Of a stretch of 64,000 nucleotides of DNA, positions 12,061-24,250 are shown in pieces. Source of the stretch: an uncultured delta proteobacterium (GTDB lineage Bacteria > Myxococcota_A > Polyangia > Polyangiales > Polyangiaceae); assembly GCA_963850305.1 (NCBI GenBank), contig CAWKKR010000006.1, positions 64,001 through 128,000 of the forward strand, given 5' to 3'. Position 1 is the stretch's first letter, and each line of letters opens with the position of its first letter. The position numbers were made by a program, and so were the translations under genes. The notes beneath the pieces are model-generated. The model searched no databases. It was not told where the DNA came from and saw only the letters and a list, made by a program, of their open reading frames with translations.

Positions 12061-13332
12061 ATGCAGGTCACGGTCCAGAAGCTGAGTCCAGTCCTCGTCG
12101 AACTCGATGTGAGCGTCGATGCCGATCGGGTGACGAGCGAGATATCGAAAGCGTACGCGACGCTCGCGAGGAGCGCCCGTGTGAAGGGCTTTCGACCAGG
12201 CAAGGCACCGAAGAAAGTTCTCGTTCACTACTTCGGGCCACGCATTGCTGCGGACGTCGCGCAACGTCTCGTCGACGACACCTTCTCCCGCGCGGTAACC
12301 GAGCAAAATATGCAGCCCGTGAATCAACCGGCGATCGAGCCGAGCGCGGTCGTGGAGAACCAGGCGTTCTCGTACAAGGCCAGGGTGGAAGTGTTACCGG
12401 ACATCGCGTCGGTCAATTACGATGGCTTCGAGGTGTCCCGGACCAAGGTGACGGTTACGGAAAAGCACTTGGATGACGAAATTGCCTCTCTCCGGCGCGA
12501 AAATTCGACGCTTGAGCCTTTGAAAGAAGAGCGCCCGTCCCGCGCGGGGGACGTGGTCACCGTCGATTATATCGTGGACGTCGGCGGCAGGGTCGTCACC
12601 GACGCTGGCGCCACCGATTTCCAGACCGAACTGGGGCATGGCGATCTTCTCACCGCAATCGATCAAGGACTGACCGGCAAGAAGGTCGGCGACCTGGTCC
12701 CGGTCGAGGTGGATTTGCCCGAGGCACATCCGCATCCGGCGCTTCGCGGAAAGCGCTCGACCTTCACCTTCACGGTGAAGGACGTGAAGGAGCGTGTATT
12801 GCCGAGCGTGGATGATGAGTTCGCCAAGGACCTGGGAGATTTCGAGACTCTCGATGCGCTGAAGAAGGACCTATCCTCTCAGGTCGAAAAGCGACTCAAG
12901 GAAGAGTCCGATAACGCGCTCGCCGAGGAACTCGTGCGAAAGCTCGTATCGATGAACCCCATCGAGGTGCCACCCTCGCTCGTGCAGCGTCAGATGCAGG
13001 TGGCCGAGCAAGAAGTCGTCCAGCTGGCGCGCCGCTCGGGGAGGCCTTCGGCGATCCCTGCCGAGCTCCGCGCCCGTATCCAGGCCGACAGCGAGATGAA
13101 GGTGCAAGCTGGCCTTCTCATGGCGGAAATCGCCAAAAGAGAAGGCATCAAGATTGGTGACCCGGAGATCGAGGAGGGACTCAAAGAGCTGGCGGAGCAA
13201 GGCGGAAAGAACCTCGCCAAACTGCGGGCGGAGTACCGCGACGCCCAAAAGCGCGAAATGCTCATCGGAATGATCCTCGAGAATAAGGTCCTCGACATCA
13301 TCGAATCCAAGTCCAAGATTACCGACGCATGA
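12061..13332 (+). CDS. tig: Trigger factor
   Basis: GFRPGKAP signature, FKBP-like middle domain, DDEFAKDLG; precedes clpP-clpX-lon. Confidence 0.95.
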   Translation: MQVTVQKLSPVLVELDVSVDADRVTSEISKAYATLARSARVKGFRPGKAPKKVLVHYFGPRIAADVAQRLVDDTFSRAVTEQNMQPVNQPAIEPSAVVENQAFSYKARVEVLPDIASVNYDGFEVSRTKVTVTEKHLDDEIASLRRENSTLEPLKEERPSRAGDVVTVDYIVDVGGRVVTDAGATDFQTELGHGDLLTAIDQGLTGKKVGDLVPVEVDLPEAHPHPALRGKRSTFTFTVKDVKERVLPSVDDEFAKDLGDFETLDALKKDLSSQVEKRLKEESDNALAEELVRKLVSMNPIEVPPSLVQRQMQVAEQEVVQLARRSGRPSAIPAELRARIQADSEMKVQAGLLMAEIAKREGIKIGDPEIEEGLKELAEQGGKNLAKLRAEYRDAQKREMLIGMILENKVLDIIESKSKITDA

Positions 13333-13351
13333 ACCGGGAGCAGAGACCACG

Positions 13352-14002
13352 ATGAAGCGACCCGAAACCAGAGCAGAAGCCCTCGATGTCCTCGAGAGGA
13401 CCCGTGGCTCCGTCATCTATCCTCATGTCGTGGAGACGACGCATCGCGGGGAACGCACCTGGGACATCTTCAGCCGGCTGCTGAAGGACCGCATCGTGTT
13501 CCTCGGCAGCGCCGTGGACGATGACGTTGCAAACATCATCATCGCGCAGTTTCTATTCCTGGAGAGCGAGGATCCGGACAAGGACGTTCAGCTCTACATC
13601 AACTCGCCGGGTGGCGTCGTCACCGCGGGGCTCGCGATCTACGACACGATGCAGTACATCCGGTGCCCGGTGAGCACGTTGTGTCTCGGGCAGGCCGCGA
13701 GCATGGCGGCCGTTCTCCTCGGAGCGGGCAGGAAAGGGCAAAGATACGCCCTGCCGCATTCGCGCGTGATGATTCATCAACCGCTCGGCGGAGCTCGCGG
13801 TCAAGCGACGGACATCGAGATCCAAGCGCGCGAGATCCGTCATTGGAAGGACGTCATCACGCAGATCCTCGTGGACCACACCGGGAAGGCGCGAGACGTC
13901 GTGACGAAGGATATCGACAGGGACTTCTACATGGGTCCGGGCCAGGCGAAAGAGTACGGGCTCGTGGACGAGATCTTCGAGAATAAGAAGAAGAAGGACT
14001 AA
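13352..14002 (+). CDS. clpP: ATP-dependent Clp protease proteolytic subunit
   Basis: [24 protein letters not shown] (catalytic Ser), MIHQPLGG. Confidence 0.97.
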   Translation: MKRPETRAEALDVLERTRGSVIYPHVVETTHRGERTWDIFSRLLKDRIVFLGSAVDDDVANIIIAQFLFLESEDPDKDVQLYINSPGGVVTAGLAIYDTMQYIRCPVSTLCLGQAASMAAVLLGAGRKGQRYALPHSRVMIHQPLGGARGQATDIEIQAREIRHWKDVITQILVDHTGKARDVVTKDIDRDFYMGPGQAKEYGLVDEIFENKKKKD

Positions 14003-14275
14003 GGTACTCGCACACCGAGGACCCCGCGTTTCTCACCTCCAAGTCAATCGTCCCGCCCGGAATTGAACCGCGAACGAATCCTCCCCGCGTCGAGCCGGCC
14101 GTCGGGAAAGTGGAGGGTCGCCTAGACGAGGCGCGGGTCCGCGCTGCAGGAAGTGCGCGAAGGCCCCGTCGGTCGCTTGCTAGCCGCGGGCGGGCGACCT
14201 AGACTTGCTCAAGAATCGTCGGCTTTTCGTTATATTTGCTGGTCGAGGACAGGCTCTCGAGCGTAGGTCTAATAG

Positions 14276-15532
14276 ATGGTTGAACGGCGGCGTGACGAGT
14301 CCAACGGCAATCTGTGCTGCTCTTTCTGCGGGAAGTCGCAGAAGGAAGTAAAGAAGCTCATCGCGGGACCCACGGTCTACATCTGCGACGAGTGTATTGC
14401 CCTCTGCAACGACATCATCGCCGAAGAGGTCGAGAAGGACGAGCCCCACGGCGGCTCGGAGCCGATTCCGAAGCCAGAGGAAATCAAGGGGATCCTCGAC
14501 GAATACGTGGTTGGGCAAGAGCGGGCGAAGAAGATTCTCGCGGTCGCCGTCTACAATCACTATAAGCGCATAGACTCTCGCGTCGCGGCGGAGGACGTGG
14601 AGCTCTCGAAGAGCAACATCCTTCTGCTCGGTCCGACGGGCAGTGGGAAGACGCTTCTGGCGCAGACTCTCGCGCGAATCTTGAAGGTCCCGTTCGCCAT
14701 TGCGGATGCGACGACGCTCACGGAGGCTGGCTACGTCGGCGAAGACGTCGAAAATATCATCGTTCAGCTGCTACAGAACGCCGATCACGATGTGGAGCGG
14801 GCACAGCGGGGCATCGTCTACATCGACGAGATCGACAAGATCAGCCGGAAGAGCGACAACCCGTCCATCACGCGCGACGTCTCGGGCGAAGGCGTGCAGC
14901 AGGCGCTCCTCAAGATCATCGAGGGGACGATCGCGAACGTGCCTCCGAAGGGCGGGAGAAAGCACCCTCAACAGGATTTCCTGCAGGTCGACACGACCAA
15001 CATTCTCTTTATTTGCGGCGGTGCGTTCGTCGGGTTGGATGAAATCGTCGCTCGTCGGCTCGGACAGTCTCGCCTGGGCTTTGGCGCTGATATCAAGAGC
15101 AAGGACGAGCTGCGCCTCGGTGAATTGCTCGAAGCGGTGCAGCCCGAAGATTTACTGAAGTTCGGATTGATTCCGGAGTTCATAGGGCGCTTGCCGGTGC
15201 TCGCAACACTTCACGAGCTCACGGAAGAGGCGCTGATCGACATTCTCACGAAGCCGAGGAATAGCCTCGTGAAGCAGTTCCAGAAGCTCTTCGAGATGGA
15301 CGGCGTGAAATGCAAGTTCACCAAGGGGGCGCTACAGGCCGTCGCGCGCAAGGCGCTCGAGCGAGAGAGCGGCGCGCGCGGGCTCCGTGCCGTCCTCGAG
15401 GAAGCAATGCTCGACATCATGTACGAGGTCCCATCGAAGGCGAATATCAAGGAAATCGTCGTGAACGAGGAGGTCGTCGTCAAGGGCGACCTCCCGTTGA
15501 TCGTCTACGAAAAAGAAGCCGAGGTCAGCTGA
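14276..15532 (+). CDS. clpX: Clp protease ATP-binding subunit ClpX
   Basis: CSFCGK..ICDEC Zn finger, [36 protein letters not shown]. Confidence 0.97.
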   Translation: MVERRRDESNGNLCCSFCGKSQKEVKKLIAGPTVYICDECIALCNDIIAEEVEKDEPHGGSEPIPKPEEIKGILDEYVVGQERAKKILAVAVYNHYKRIDSRVAAEDVELSKSNILLLGPTGSGKTLLAQTLARILKVPFAIADATTLTEAGYVGEDVENIIVQLLQNADHDVERAQRGIVYIDEIDKISRKSDNPSITRDVSGEGVQQALLKIIEGTIANVPPKGGRKHPQQDFLQVDTTNILFICGGAFVGLDEIVARRLGQSRLGFGADIKSKDELRLGELLEAVQPEDLLKFGLIPEFIGRLPVLATLHELTEEALIDILTKPRNSLVKQFQKLFEMDGVKCKFTKGALQAVARKALERESGARGLRAVLEEAMLDIMYEVPSKANIKEIVVNEEVVVKGDLPLIVYEKEAEVS

Positions 15533-15537
15533 CCACT

Positions 15538-18036
15538 ATGTTCTTCAAGAACGAAAACGAAAAGCCGGCAACGCCGGGCCCGCGCCGGACCCTGCCGGCG
15601 CTGCCGTTGCGGGATATCGTGGTCTTCCCGCACATGGTGTCGCAGCTCTTCGTCGGCCGCGAGAAGAGCATTGCCGCTCTCGACGAGGCGATGGCGCGCG
15701 ACAAGGAGATTTTCCTCGCTGCCCAGAAGAACGCGAAGACCAACGACCCGACTCCGGAGGACATCTATACGTTCGGGACGATCGGCGCGATCGTCCAGCT
15801 TCTACGATTGGCGGACGGGACCGTCAAAGTCCTAGTGGAGGGCCGGCATCGTGCGCGCGTGCGAAAGTTCACCGACAGCCGGGAGTTTTTCGTCGTCGAA
15901 GCCGAGGTCGTCAAGGACGACGTCGCGGACGACGTCGAAGTCGAGGCTCTGATAAGGAGCGTACAGAGCACGTTCGAGGTGTACGTAAAGCTGAACAAGA
16001 AGGTTCAGCCCGAAGTCCTCATGAGCGTCCAAAGCATCGATGACGCTTCGAAGCTGAGCGACACGATCGCGGCGAACCTGCCGACGATCAAGCTCGCGGA
16101 TCGACAGGCGTTACTCGAGATGAGCGACGCAAAGAAACGACTCGAACGCCTGTACGAGCTGATGCAGGCAGAAATCGAGATTCTTCAGGTAGAAAAGAAG
16201 ATCCGCTCCCGCGTCAAGAAGCAGATGGAGAAGACGCAGAAGGAGTACTACCTGAACGAGCAGATGCAGGCGATCCAGAAGGAGCTGGGTGGCGGCGAAC
16301 GCGATGAGTTCAAGAACGAACTCTCCGAGATCGAAGAGAAGCTCAAAGCAAAACATCTCAGTGAGGAAGCTCGCGGAAAGGTGGAGAAAGAGCTGAAAAA
16401 GCTCAAGATGATGCATCCTACGTCGGCCGAAGCGACGGTGGTCCGCAACTATATCGACTGGGTGCTAGCGCTTCCCTGGTTCGACAAGACGGACGAACGG
16501 TACGATATAGCGGAAGCCGAGAAGATCCTCGACGAGGATCACTACGGGTTGAAAAAGTGCAAGGAGCGCATCGTCGAGTATCTCGCCGTGCAGGCGCTCA
16601 CCAAGAAGCTGAAGGGCCCGATCTTATGTTTCGTAGGTCCGCCGGGCGTCGGCAAGACGAGCCTCGCGAAGAGCATTGCCCGCGCAACGGGACGCAAGTT
16701 TGTCCGCGTGTCGCTCGGTGGCGTTCGCGATGAAGCAGAGATTCGCGGACATCGGCGAACGTACATCGGCGCACTTCCGGGTAAGATCATCCAGAATCTG
16801 AAGAAGGTCGGCTCGAATAACCCGCTCTTCTTGCTCGATGAAATCGACAAGATGAGTACGGATTTCAGAGGGGACCCAGCTGCGGCACTCCTCGAAGTGC
16901 TGGACCCCGAGCAGAACCACAACTTCAACGATCACTATCTCGATCTCGACTACGACCTGTCGGACGTGATGTTCATCACGACCGCGAATACGCTCGGCGG
17001 AATCCCTCTGCCGTTGCAGGACCGCATGGAGATCATCCAGCTCAGCGGATATACGGAGTTCGAGAAGCTCAACATCGCCCTCAAGTATCTCGTGCCGCGC
17101 CAGAAGCAGGAATGCGGCCTAGAGGAAGTGGATTTCACGATGGGCGAGAACGCCCTTCGCACCGTGATCCATCACTACACGAAGGAATCCGGGGTTCGGT
17201 CGCTCGAAAGGGAAATTGCGAGCGTGTGCCGGAAGGTCGCCCTCAAGGTCGTGAAGGAGGGGAAGGAACAGCGCATCGAGGTCAAGGCGAAGGATGTCCC
17301 GACATACCTTGGTGTGCCGAAGCATCGTCTTGGAAAAACGGAAGAGCACGACGAAATCGGTCTCGTCCATGGACTAAGCGTCTCGGATTACGGTGGCGAC
17401 ATCCTCGACTGTGAGGTGACGGTCGTTCCCGGAAAAGGAAAACTCGTCATCACGGGGCTTCTGGAGAAGGGGATGGAGGAGAGCGGACAGGCCGCGACGA
17501 GTTACATTCGCTCTCGAGCGGGAGCGCTTCGGCTCGAATCTGATTTTTATCAGAAGAACGACGTCCACGTTCACTTTCCCGACTTTGTACGCAAAGACGG
17601 CCCCAGTGCTGGTGTGACCATGGCCACGGCGATTGCCAGCGCGCTCACCCGCGTTCCTGTCCGTCATGATCTGGCAATGACGGGCGAGATCACGCTTCGC
17701 GGCCGTGTCATGCCCATCGGTGGGTTGAAAGAGAAGCTGCTAGCCGCGCATCGAGGAGGCATCCGGACCGTTATCGTGCCCAAGGAGAACAGGAAGGATT
17801 TGCGTGAGATACCTCGCCGAGTCCTCCGAGCCCTCCGTGTCGTGCTCGTGGAGCACATGGACGACGTGCTCCGCGAAGCGTTGGTCCTGGAGAAGCCGGA
17901 AGATTACTTCGGGACCCGCCGCCTCGAACTCGAATATCGCGGGGGCGAACTATGGCAGGGCGACCGCGCGAGGGTACCCGGAGACGTTGGCCCGGGGTTA
18001 CCAGCGGGGACCCCGGCACATCAACCGGGCGCATGA
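15538..18036 (+). CDS. lon: Lon protease
   Basis: [39 protein letters not shown] (Ser), IGGLKEK (Lys). Confidence 0.96.
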   Translation: MFFKNENEKPATPGPRRTLPALPLRDIVVFPHMVSQLFVGREKSIAALDEAMARDKEIFLAAQKNAKTNDPTPEDIYTFGTIGAIVQLLRLADGTVKVLVEGRHRARVRKFTDSREFFVVEAEVVKDDVADDVEVEALIRSVQSTFEVYVKLNKKVQPEVLMSVQSIDDASKLSDTIAANLPTIKLADRQALLEMSDAKKRLERLYELMQAEIEILQVEKKIRSRVKKQMEKTQKEYYLNEQMQAIQKELGGGERDEFKNELSEIEEKLKAKHLSEEARGKVEKELKKLKMMHPTSAEATVVRNYIDWVLALPWFDKTDERYDIAEAEKILDEDHYGLKKCKERIVEYLAVQALTKKLKGPILCFVGPPGVGKTSLAKSIARATGRKFVRVSLGGVRDEAEIRGHRRTYIGALPGKIIQNLKKVGSNNPLFLLDEIDKMSTDFRGDPAAALLEVLDPEQNHNFNDHYLDLDYDLSDVMFITTANTLGGIPLPLQDRMEIIQLSGYTEFEKLNIALKYLVPRQKQECGLEEVDFTMGENALRTVIHHYTKESGVRSLEREIASVCRKVALKVVKEGKEQRIEVKAKDVPTYLGVPKHRLGKTEEHDEIGLVHGLSVSDYGGDILDCEVTVVPGKGKLVITGLLEKGMEESGQAATSYIRSRAGALRLESDFYQKNDVHVHFPDFVRKDGPSAGVTMATAIASALTRVPVRHDLAMTGEITLRGRVMPIGGLKEKLLAAHRGGIRTVIVPKENRKDLREIPRRVLRALRVVLVEHMDDVLREALVLEKPEDYFGTRRLELEYRGGELWQGDRARVPGDVGPGLPAGTPAHQPGA

Positions 18037-18072
18037 GGGCCCATCCATCCTCACGGGCGGGGATTGATTCAA

Positions 18073-18312
18073 TCAAGCGCCTCTCGGCGTGCCCGGAGGA
18101 GCGCTGTGCTGGCGGGGGTCTCTCGGAAGCGCGGGTGATGCGGAGCGGACCTTCAGCACGAGCTGCCATTCGACCATTTCGTCGCATCCGAGGCAGCGAG
18201 GCAATGTTTGTCCCGTGAGCATCGTCATCGCGGTGCGGCAAGGGCAGGTCGATTGGTAAATACCGTGATCAGTGGCCGCCCTGCCGGTTCTAGTGATGGT
18301 TGCTTCCCCCAT
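18073..18312 (-). CDS. Small Cys-containing (zinc-ribbon-like) hypothetical protein
   Basis: TG..A...GIY...CxC...GQTLPRCxxC....W pattern; no clear RBS. Confidence 0.45.
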   Translation of the reverse strand: MGEATITRTGRAATDHGIYQSTCPCRTAMTMLTGQTLPRCLGCDEMVEWQLVLKVRSASPALPRDPRQHSAPPGTPRGA

Positions 18313-18526
18313 GACGGGACGGAGGCTAGCAGGGGCCTACTTCGCACCGAGTAACAAACTCGCAGCAAGCACGTGAAAAGTGGCGACGCCAATGGCGACG
18401 CCAATGCTTTTCCGGCCGCCCCGGACTTAAGATGGGCTTTCGTCCCGCCCAAATGCGATGCGGACGAAAATTGCTCGCGGAAGATCTTGATCGCCCCAGA
18501 CCCCATCGTACAGTCGGTAACTGATC

Positions 18527-18601
18527 GGGCGGGTAGCTCAGTGGTAGAGCGCTGGCCTTACAAGCCGGATGTCGCAGGTTCGAAACCTGTCCCGCCCACC
18601 A
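18527..18601 (+). tRNA. tRNA-Val (anticodon TAC)
   Basis: Acceptor GGGCGGG/CCCGCCC + ACCA, D-arm TAGCTCAGTGGTAGAGC, anticodon loop CT-TAC-AA, T-loop GTTCGAA. Confidence 0.97.
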
Positions 18602-18612
18602 GAGGAAACGCC

Positions 18613-19650
18613 TCAGTTGGTGGAAAGGCAATAGGCGGCGCTCACGGTCGCGGCAGCGCACTGGCCGTCGATGCAATAGAGCGACGCGCACTCGTTTGCA
18701 GCGCCGCAGCCGGCGAGGTCCGCTTTGCGCGGTGTGCAAGTCCCGAGAACGATCCCTGGCGATTGTGTTGCGCCGTTGCAGTAGAGCCCCGGGTCGGAGG
18801 GGCCCGTCGGATCCACGCAGTTCACGTCGGTGAAGCACGGGCCCCCGCTGGTACTGCGCGCGGCGCACGTCCAGGGGTTCGTGACGGAACTCGGCGGTAA
18901 ACAGGCGTAACCCGCGGGATTCGTGCACGACGCCAGAGCCGCCGCGCCGTTGCGCGTGTAGGTGTCCGTATTGATATTGAACGCCGGCGTGCAGCTTGCG
19001 CCGGGAGCCAAGGTGCCCGCAGTGATCCCTCGGAGACCGGTTGGCAATGCGGCCCACGCGGCGATCGTCGTATCGCAGGCGAGCGCATGCTGTTCGAAGT
19101 ATGCGAACGTCGCCTCCGCGTTTGCCGGGTCATAGCCCGAGATCGGGTTCTCGGTGACGCTGTCGAGGTAAAGCTTGTTCGCGCACGCGTCGAGCTGGTT
19201 CGCTTTACATTGTCCAAAAGTCTCGGTGGGTGAGGGGCAGCACTTCTGCTCACTCGCGCACTGAATCGTTGCGATGCGATCGCAAACAGATCCAGGTTGA
19301 ACCAGGTTGTTCGAGCCAGCGTCCGTGTTGTGGTCGAGGCTCGGGTCGCCGCCGTTGCCCGTTGTGTCACCGCCAGTCCCGACGCCCCCTGCACCCAGAT
19401 CACCCCCGGTCCCCGTACCCCCGGTCCCGATGAAACCGCCGGTTTCGACGCCGCCGCCGGTTGCGTTCGCGCCGCCGGCCTCGCCGGCGCCTCCCGCACC
19501 GCCGTTGTCCGTGCCACCCCCGCTTTCCTGGCCACCGCTCGAGGCTTGTCCGCCCGCTCCGTCACTGGCCGAAACCGTCTTTGGGCTGCAGGCGTTCGCC
19601 ATCGCCAGCACGCCAATGAGCCCACCCGCGGCCAAGGACGATCTCTTCAT
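18613..19650 (-). CDS. Lipoprotein with Gly-rich linker and Cys-rich domain (paralog 1)
   Basis: Lipobox-like ANAC, GG-rich linker, CDRIATIQCASEQKCC...; similar to the adjacent gene. Confidence 0.75.
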   Translation of the reverse strand: MKRSSLAAGGLIGVLAMANACSPKTVSASDGAGGQASSGGQESGGGTDNGGAGGAGEAGGANATGGGVETGGFIGTGGTGTGGDLGAGGVGTGGDTTGNGGDPSLDHNTDAGSNNLVQPGSVCDRIATIQCASEQKCCPSPTETFGQCKANQLDACANKLYLDSVTENPISGYDPANAEATFAYFEQHALACDTTIAAWAALPTGLRGITAGTLAPGASCTPAFNINTDTYTRNGAAALASCTNPAGYACLPPSSVTNPWTCAARSTSGGPCFTDVNCVDPTGPSDPGLYCNGATQSPGIVLGTCTPRKADLAGCGAANECASLYCIDGQCAAATVSAAYCLSTN

Positions 19651-19703
19651 GGGATTCGCAACTTACCTAGTGGCGCGTAGTCATCCGGGATGCACTCGAG
19701 GGC

Positions 19704-20663
19704 TCAATTCGCGAGGCAGAAGGCAGTCTGTTGGTTCAAGTCGGCGCAAGTCCCACCTTTGCAAAGAAATGTCGCACACTCGTTGCCGAGCGTGCAGGAC
19801 TGTCCGACGGCCTTCCGGGGCGTGCAGGCCGAATTGGTGAGCAGGAAGGTCGCTGGGGGGTTGGGGTTGACGCAATACAACCCGTCCACGCAGTTGTTGT
19901 CCGTGAAGCATGTGCCGCCGGCGGCCGCGCGTGGCTTGCACGCCCAGTTGATCGGAAGCACGTCGGGAACGCACGCGAGCGTTGCTTCGGTACAAGACGC
20001 GAGTCGGGTTGCGTCGTCCCCCGCGTCGTTCAGTTCGTCTATGCTGGCAGGGCCGCACTTCGAACTGGTGGTTCCCGGCGCCAAAGCGCGGAGCCCGGCT
20101 ATCGACGCGCCCCATGCGGTGACGGAGGTGTCACAGGCAGCGGCTTTCTGTTCGAATGTGTCGAAGATCGCCTGCGCTCCCGCGGAGCTGTAGCCGGATA
20201 TCGTGGTCAGAGACGTTATTTCGTCCAGGTAGTCGCTGACGCAGCCCTGCTTCATGGCAGCCTTGCACGTATCGAAGTCGCGCCCTGGATTGTTGCAGCA
20301 CGTCTGCTCCGCGGCGCACTGTATTGCCGCGACGCGATCGCAAACGTCGCCAGGCGGGGGCGAGTTCCGGGCCGGGTTCGTGCCACCATCGAACACGATT
20401 GGCGCACCGCCGCCGCCGCCGTTCCCGGGGTTGCTGCCTCCGCCGGTTCCGGTGTTGCCGGTGTTGCCGGTGCCTCCGTTCTCGGCCAGGGCGCCTCCGG
20501 CGCCAGTTCCCCCGTTCGGTTCGCTCCCGGCCTGCCCCGTCGTCCCCCCGACTGCTTGCGCGCCGCCGTTGCCCGTCGGTGCGTTGGCAGCACCGGGGCC
20601 ACAACCAGCTACTAGAAAGACCAGCCCGAACCCTGCGCTCAGTCTAAGGCTTGGAAGGATCAT
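19704..20663 (-). CDS. Lipoprotein with Gly-rich linker and Cys-rich domain (paralog 2)
   Basis: Lipobox VAGC, CDRVAAIQCAAEQTCC..., Cys spacing matches paralog 1. Confidence 0.75.
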   Translation of the reverse strand: MILPSLRLSAGFGLVFLVAGCGPGAANAPTGNGGAQAVGGTTGQAGSEPNGGTGAGGALAENGGTGNTGNTGTGGGSNPGNGGGGGAPIVFDGGTNPARNSPPPGDVCDRVAAIQCAAEQTCCNNPGRDFDTCKAAMKQGCVSDYLDEITSLTTISGYSSAGAQAIFDTFEQKAAACDTSVTAWGASIAGLRALAPGTTSSKCGPASIDELNDAGDDATRLASCTEATLACVPDVLPINWACKPRAAAGGTCFTDNNCVDGLYCVNPNPPATFLLTNSACTPRKAVGQSCTLGNECATFLCKGGTCADLNQQTAFCLAN

Positions 20664-20678
20664 GCGTTCGCGAGTGTA

Positions 20679-23116
20679 TCAGTAATGGCGTTCCAGCACG
20701 AACCATCCGAAGGCGCGGAGCATCGTCTTCGCGAGTGTGTCTTCGATGAGCGGCTCCAGGCGACGCCATCCGGCCTCGACCATGTCGCGCGCTTCCGTCG
20801 CACACGCCTCGACGGCGCCGCATTCCTCGAGCATGTCGATGACCCGGCGAACTTCTGCAGGATCCGTCGTTTTCGCGGCGAGAATTTCCCGCAATGTCCG
20901 CCGTTCCTCGAGGCCCAGACGTGACAGCGCCTTCGCCACTGGAAGTGTAATCTTCCCGTGAGAGACGTCCTCGCCCCGGCTCTTTAGATCGCCCTTGAAG
21001 CCTCGAAGGTTGAGCACGTCGTCCACGATCTGGAAGGCGAGACCCACTGCCTCGAAGAAGCCGCCCAAGGCCTCGACTTGTTGGTCGGTGCCGCCGCCGG
21101 CAATTGCGCCGATGCGGGCGAGGCACGCCGCCGGTGCCGCGGTCTTCAGACGATGCACCGTGAGCACCCGTCGCTCCAGGTCGAGCGCGTCTCCGGATTC
21201 CACGATCGTCGGCAAAATGTCTTCGAAGCCGTCCAGATCGATGGCTTGCCCGGCGTGACCCGTGCGGAGCGCCTCGAAATAGAGTTCGTACGTGCGCACG
21301 CGATCCCGGTCCGAGAGGCTCGCGGTGTTGATGAGGTGGATGCCGAGGAAGTACGCGGCGGTGCCGGAGTTGATCGCTTGGGGTTCTCCGTAGATCGTGT
21401 GCGCGGTCGGCCCGCCACGACGCACGACGGACTTGTCTTGCACGTCGTCCACGATGAGCGAGCCGACGTGCATCATTTCCGGCAGCGCGAGCCATCGCAC
21501 AAATCGACGTGAATCCCCTCCGACGATGTCGCAACACGTGAGGGCGGCGTAGGACCGCCAGCCTTTGCCGCCTCGATCGGTGATCTCGCGGATGGGCCTT
21601 ATCAGCGTGCGACCGAGCTGCTTGAGGTCCATCCCGTCCATGTAGTGGTCGCGGGTCGGTGTCCCGATGAGGTCGCGCGCTTGCTGATACGTCGGTTCGA
21701 GCGGAATGACCTCGCGGATGGATTTACGCACCACGCGGCCAACAGCCTGGAAGTAGCTGTCGAGATCGTCGAAGTGCGTGAAGCCGCTGCGCTCCACGAA
21801 CCCGGTGCCCTGGACGTCCTTGCCCTGCAGGCGACCCTCCACCTGTACGCGGCCCTCCCAGAAGGACGACTTGGACACGAGCGTGATGAACTCTTGATCC
21901 TCGAGCGTCGCTCTCACGTCGAGCTCGATGCCCGCCTGCGGGATCTCGCAGCGCCAGCGTACCGGGTAATCGAAGAACGTCTGGGTGCTCTGCCAGTGTT
22001 CGAGCGGTTCGAAGCTCAAGTCATGGTGCAGACTTCGGTTGCCCTGGGGATCGATCACGACAGCCCACGCGCCCGCTGACTCGTTCGTCTTCACTTTCAC
22101 GAGCGGATAAACGGTGACGTCAGTGCCGTCGTCGAGTTGCGCGGAGAGCCAGTTCCAGCCGATCGCGTCGTTCTCCTTCTTCGCGCGACGTGCCTCCTGC
22201 CGTTCGGCGAGGGCCAGCAGGTCCGTCGTCGTTTCGAGCACGTCATCCTCGTCGGAGTCCATCGCTCCGTCGGGCTTGTAGCCGAACTCGTGATCGTACC
22301 AACCTTGCCCCTGCGCGACGTTCAGCTTGGTCCCGCCGCTCGTGAGGGAGCCCGATACGCGACAGCGTGGGATGAAATAGTAAAACATTCGCTCGCTGTC
22401 GGAGCCGCGGACGACGCCGTCATCGCCGTGGCGCACGGGGCGCTTCTGCGGCTCGAACACCAGATCGCACCCTACGTTCGAGTCGGCGTCGATGAGATGT
22501 AGGCGATACGAACCGTCGTCCTGCTTCCTGAACGTAGCGCCGCCATAGTCGAGGTCGAGACGACGCTCGCCGACGAAGACGCGGCCCTTGATGAGTTTGT
22601 CCGGGCTGGGTACGTTGCCTCGGGCGAGCGTCTCGGCGAGGGCACGATTCAGTCGCGGATCTTCGAGCCGAAGCCGCGCCGAAGTCGCTTCAAGCCCTCC
22701 TCGGGCGCGCTTGGATCGACGCCCGAGACGTGGACGTACTTCTTTCGTTCGACGTCGAGGATGGCCCACGTGACCGAGTGCGCGTAGTCGAACGCGCCGG
22801 TGTCGTTGTTACGTCGCTTGGCTTGCCGGAAGAACGCGGCGAAGAGTGAGAGGTGGCGCCCCTCGGTCGTCACCACGTGGGTGTTCATGTACCACCACTC
22901 GAGCGTCGACGACGCGTGCGGCAGATCGTGAACGGCCAGATCGATCACGCCGGGGCCGGGCCAATCCACCGGATTCGTTCCCTCGACTTCAGTTGCGCGC
23001 CCGCGGCTGTGTCTGCCGCTGCGAGGCTCGCCGCCTTTTGTTTCCGTTGCAGTCTGCGGAGTGGTTCTCACGTCGTCAGTTACGGCAGAAACGAGGGCTA
23101 TTGGTCGTATCGTCAT
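20679..23116 (-). CDS. AttH/CrtC-like lipocalin-fold domain fused to a trans-polyprenyl diphosphate (GGPP-type) synthase; apparent frameshift near 22660
   Basis: N-half: EWWYMN, FYYFIPR, GQGWYDHEFG, GWNWLSAQLDDG, YPVRW, DQE, FWEG. C-half: GGKGWRS, SLIVDDVQD..RRG, GQAIDL, KT, FQIVDDVLN. One added G joins both ORFs (..GSKDPRLNRA..). Confidence 0.82.
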
Positions 23117-23465
23117 GGGCCGCGCCTCCAGCCGGAGGCATCTCCGTTACAAGGTTCGTGCCGTGTCGCGGTGCCATTTGCGGGACTCGAGCACGGCACG
23201 AAGATACACCACCGAGCCAGCGGAACCACGATCTGAGCCAATTTTATCGCGCATTCGAGGACTCGCCGCGGTAGGTCGAAATTTCCGAGATCACTGTCGC
23301 GTTATCTGGGCGCGAGTGTACCGGCGTTGCACAATGAAACGGCCAGAGGTGCGCAATGTTCGTTCAAGTGAACCGAGCCTCGCAGTTTTTCGATTTTAAT
23401 CGCAAAAGTCAGGGCATGTCGGTGAAATGGGCCATTATGGAGAGTCGTCACACATTGGAATACTC

Positions 23466-24248
23466 ATGAGTCGAACCAGCGCGAGGTTCTTGCTGTCATT
23501 GCTCTTCTGTCTGCTGCTCGTATCAGTCTCGCGAGCCGACGACGGTCTCACGGCGGATCAGATCGCGGCGCACATCGTTCAGGGGAACGGCTTCACATGG
23601 GAGGGCGCGGAGACGCGCCTCCGAATGACGCTCATCGATCGGAATGGTGGGACGAGCGAGCGCAGCATGACCGTGCTCGGTCGTCGAAAGGACGGGTTGC
23701 TGGAGAGCAAGGTTCGGTTCACGGCGCCTTCCGACGTTGCGGGGACGACGTTTCTGACTCTCGAAAAAGCCGGCGGCGGCAGCGAGCAGTATGTCTATTT
23801 GCCCGGGTTGCATCGCACGCGCCGCATAGTCGGGCGAGAGCGGGAAGGAAGCTTCATGGGCAGCGATTTCACCTACGGAGATCTCGAGCGAAAGTCCGAC
23901 AAGGGAGGGAAGCACGTCCGGCTGCCGGACGAGATGATCGGCAGCGATGCGACCTACGTCCTCGAAACGACGCCTGGGTCCGTCGAGCTCACGGGCTATT
24001 CGAAGGTACGAACCTGGATCCGGAAGAAGGACTTCGTTCCGATCCGGACGCGGTTCTTCGACACATCAGGTAAGCCGTCGAAGACGCTCTACGTCAAGCG
24101 GATCCGGGATTTCGAAGGCAAGCCGACGATCGTCGAGGCACGTATGCAGAGCGAGAGTGGTCACGCGACGGAGCTCGTGGTGGATTCGCTCGAACGAAAA
24201 GACGATCTACCCGATTCGGACTTCTCGCCTACCGGTCTCGACCGCTGA
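23466..24248 (+). CDS. Outer-membrane lipoprotein-sorting (LolA-like) protein
   Basis: Signal peptide; FTAPSDVAGTTFL, QYVYLPGLHRTRRI, SFMGSDFTYGDL motifs. Confidence 0.85.
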   Translation: MSRTSARFLLSLLFCLLLVSVSRADDGLTADQIAAHIVQGNGFTWEGAETRLRMTLIDRNGGTSERSMTVLGRRKDGLLESKVRFTAPSDVAGTTFLTLEKAGGGSEQYVYLPGLHRTRRIVGREREGSFMGSDFTYGDLERKSDKGGKHVRLPDEMIGSDATYVLETTPGSVELTGYSKVRTWIRKKDFVPIRTRFFDTSGKPSKTLYVKRIRDFEGKPTIVEARMQSESGHATELVVDSLERKDDLPDSDFSPTGLDR

Positions 24249-24250
24249 GA

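Noticed and set aside
18527..18620. Genomic island or prophage integrated at tRNA-Val
   Set aside because: No integrase, no duplicated tRNA 3' end noticed, and no phage genes downstream.
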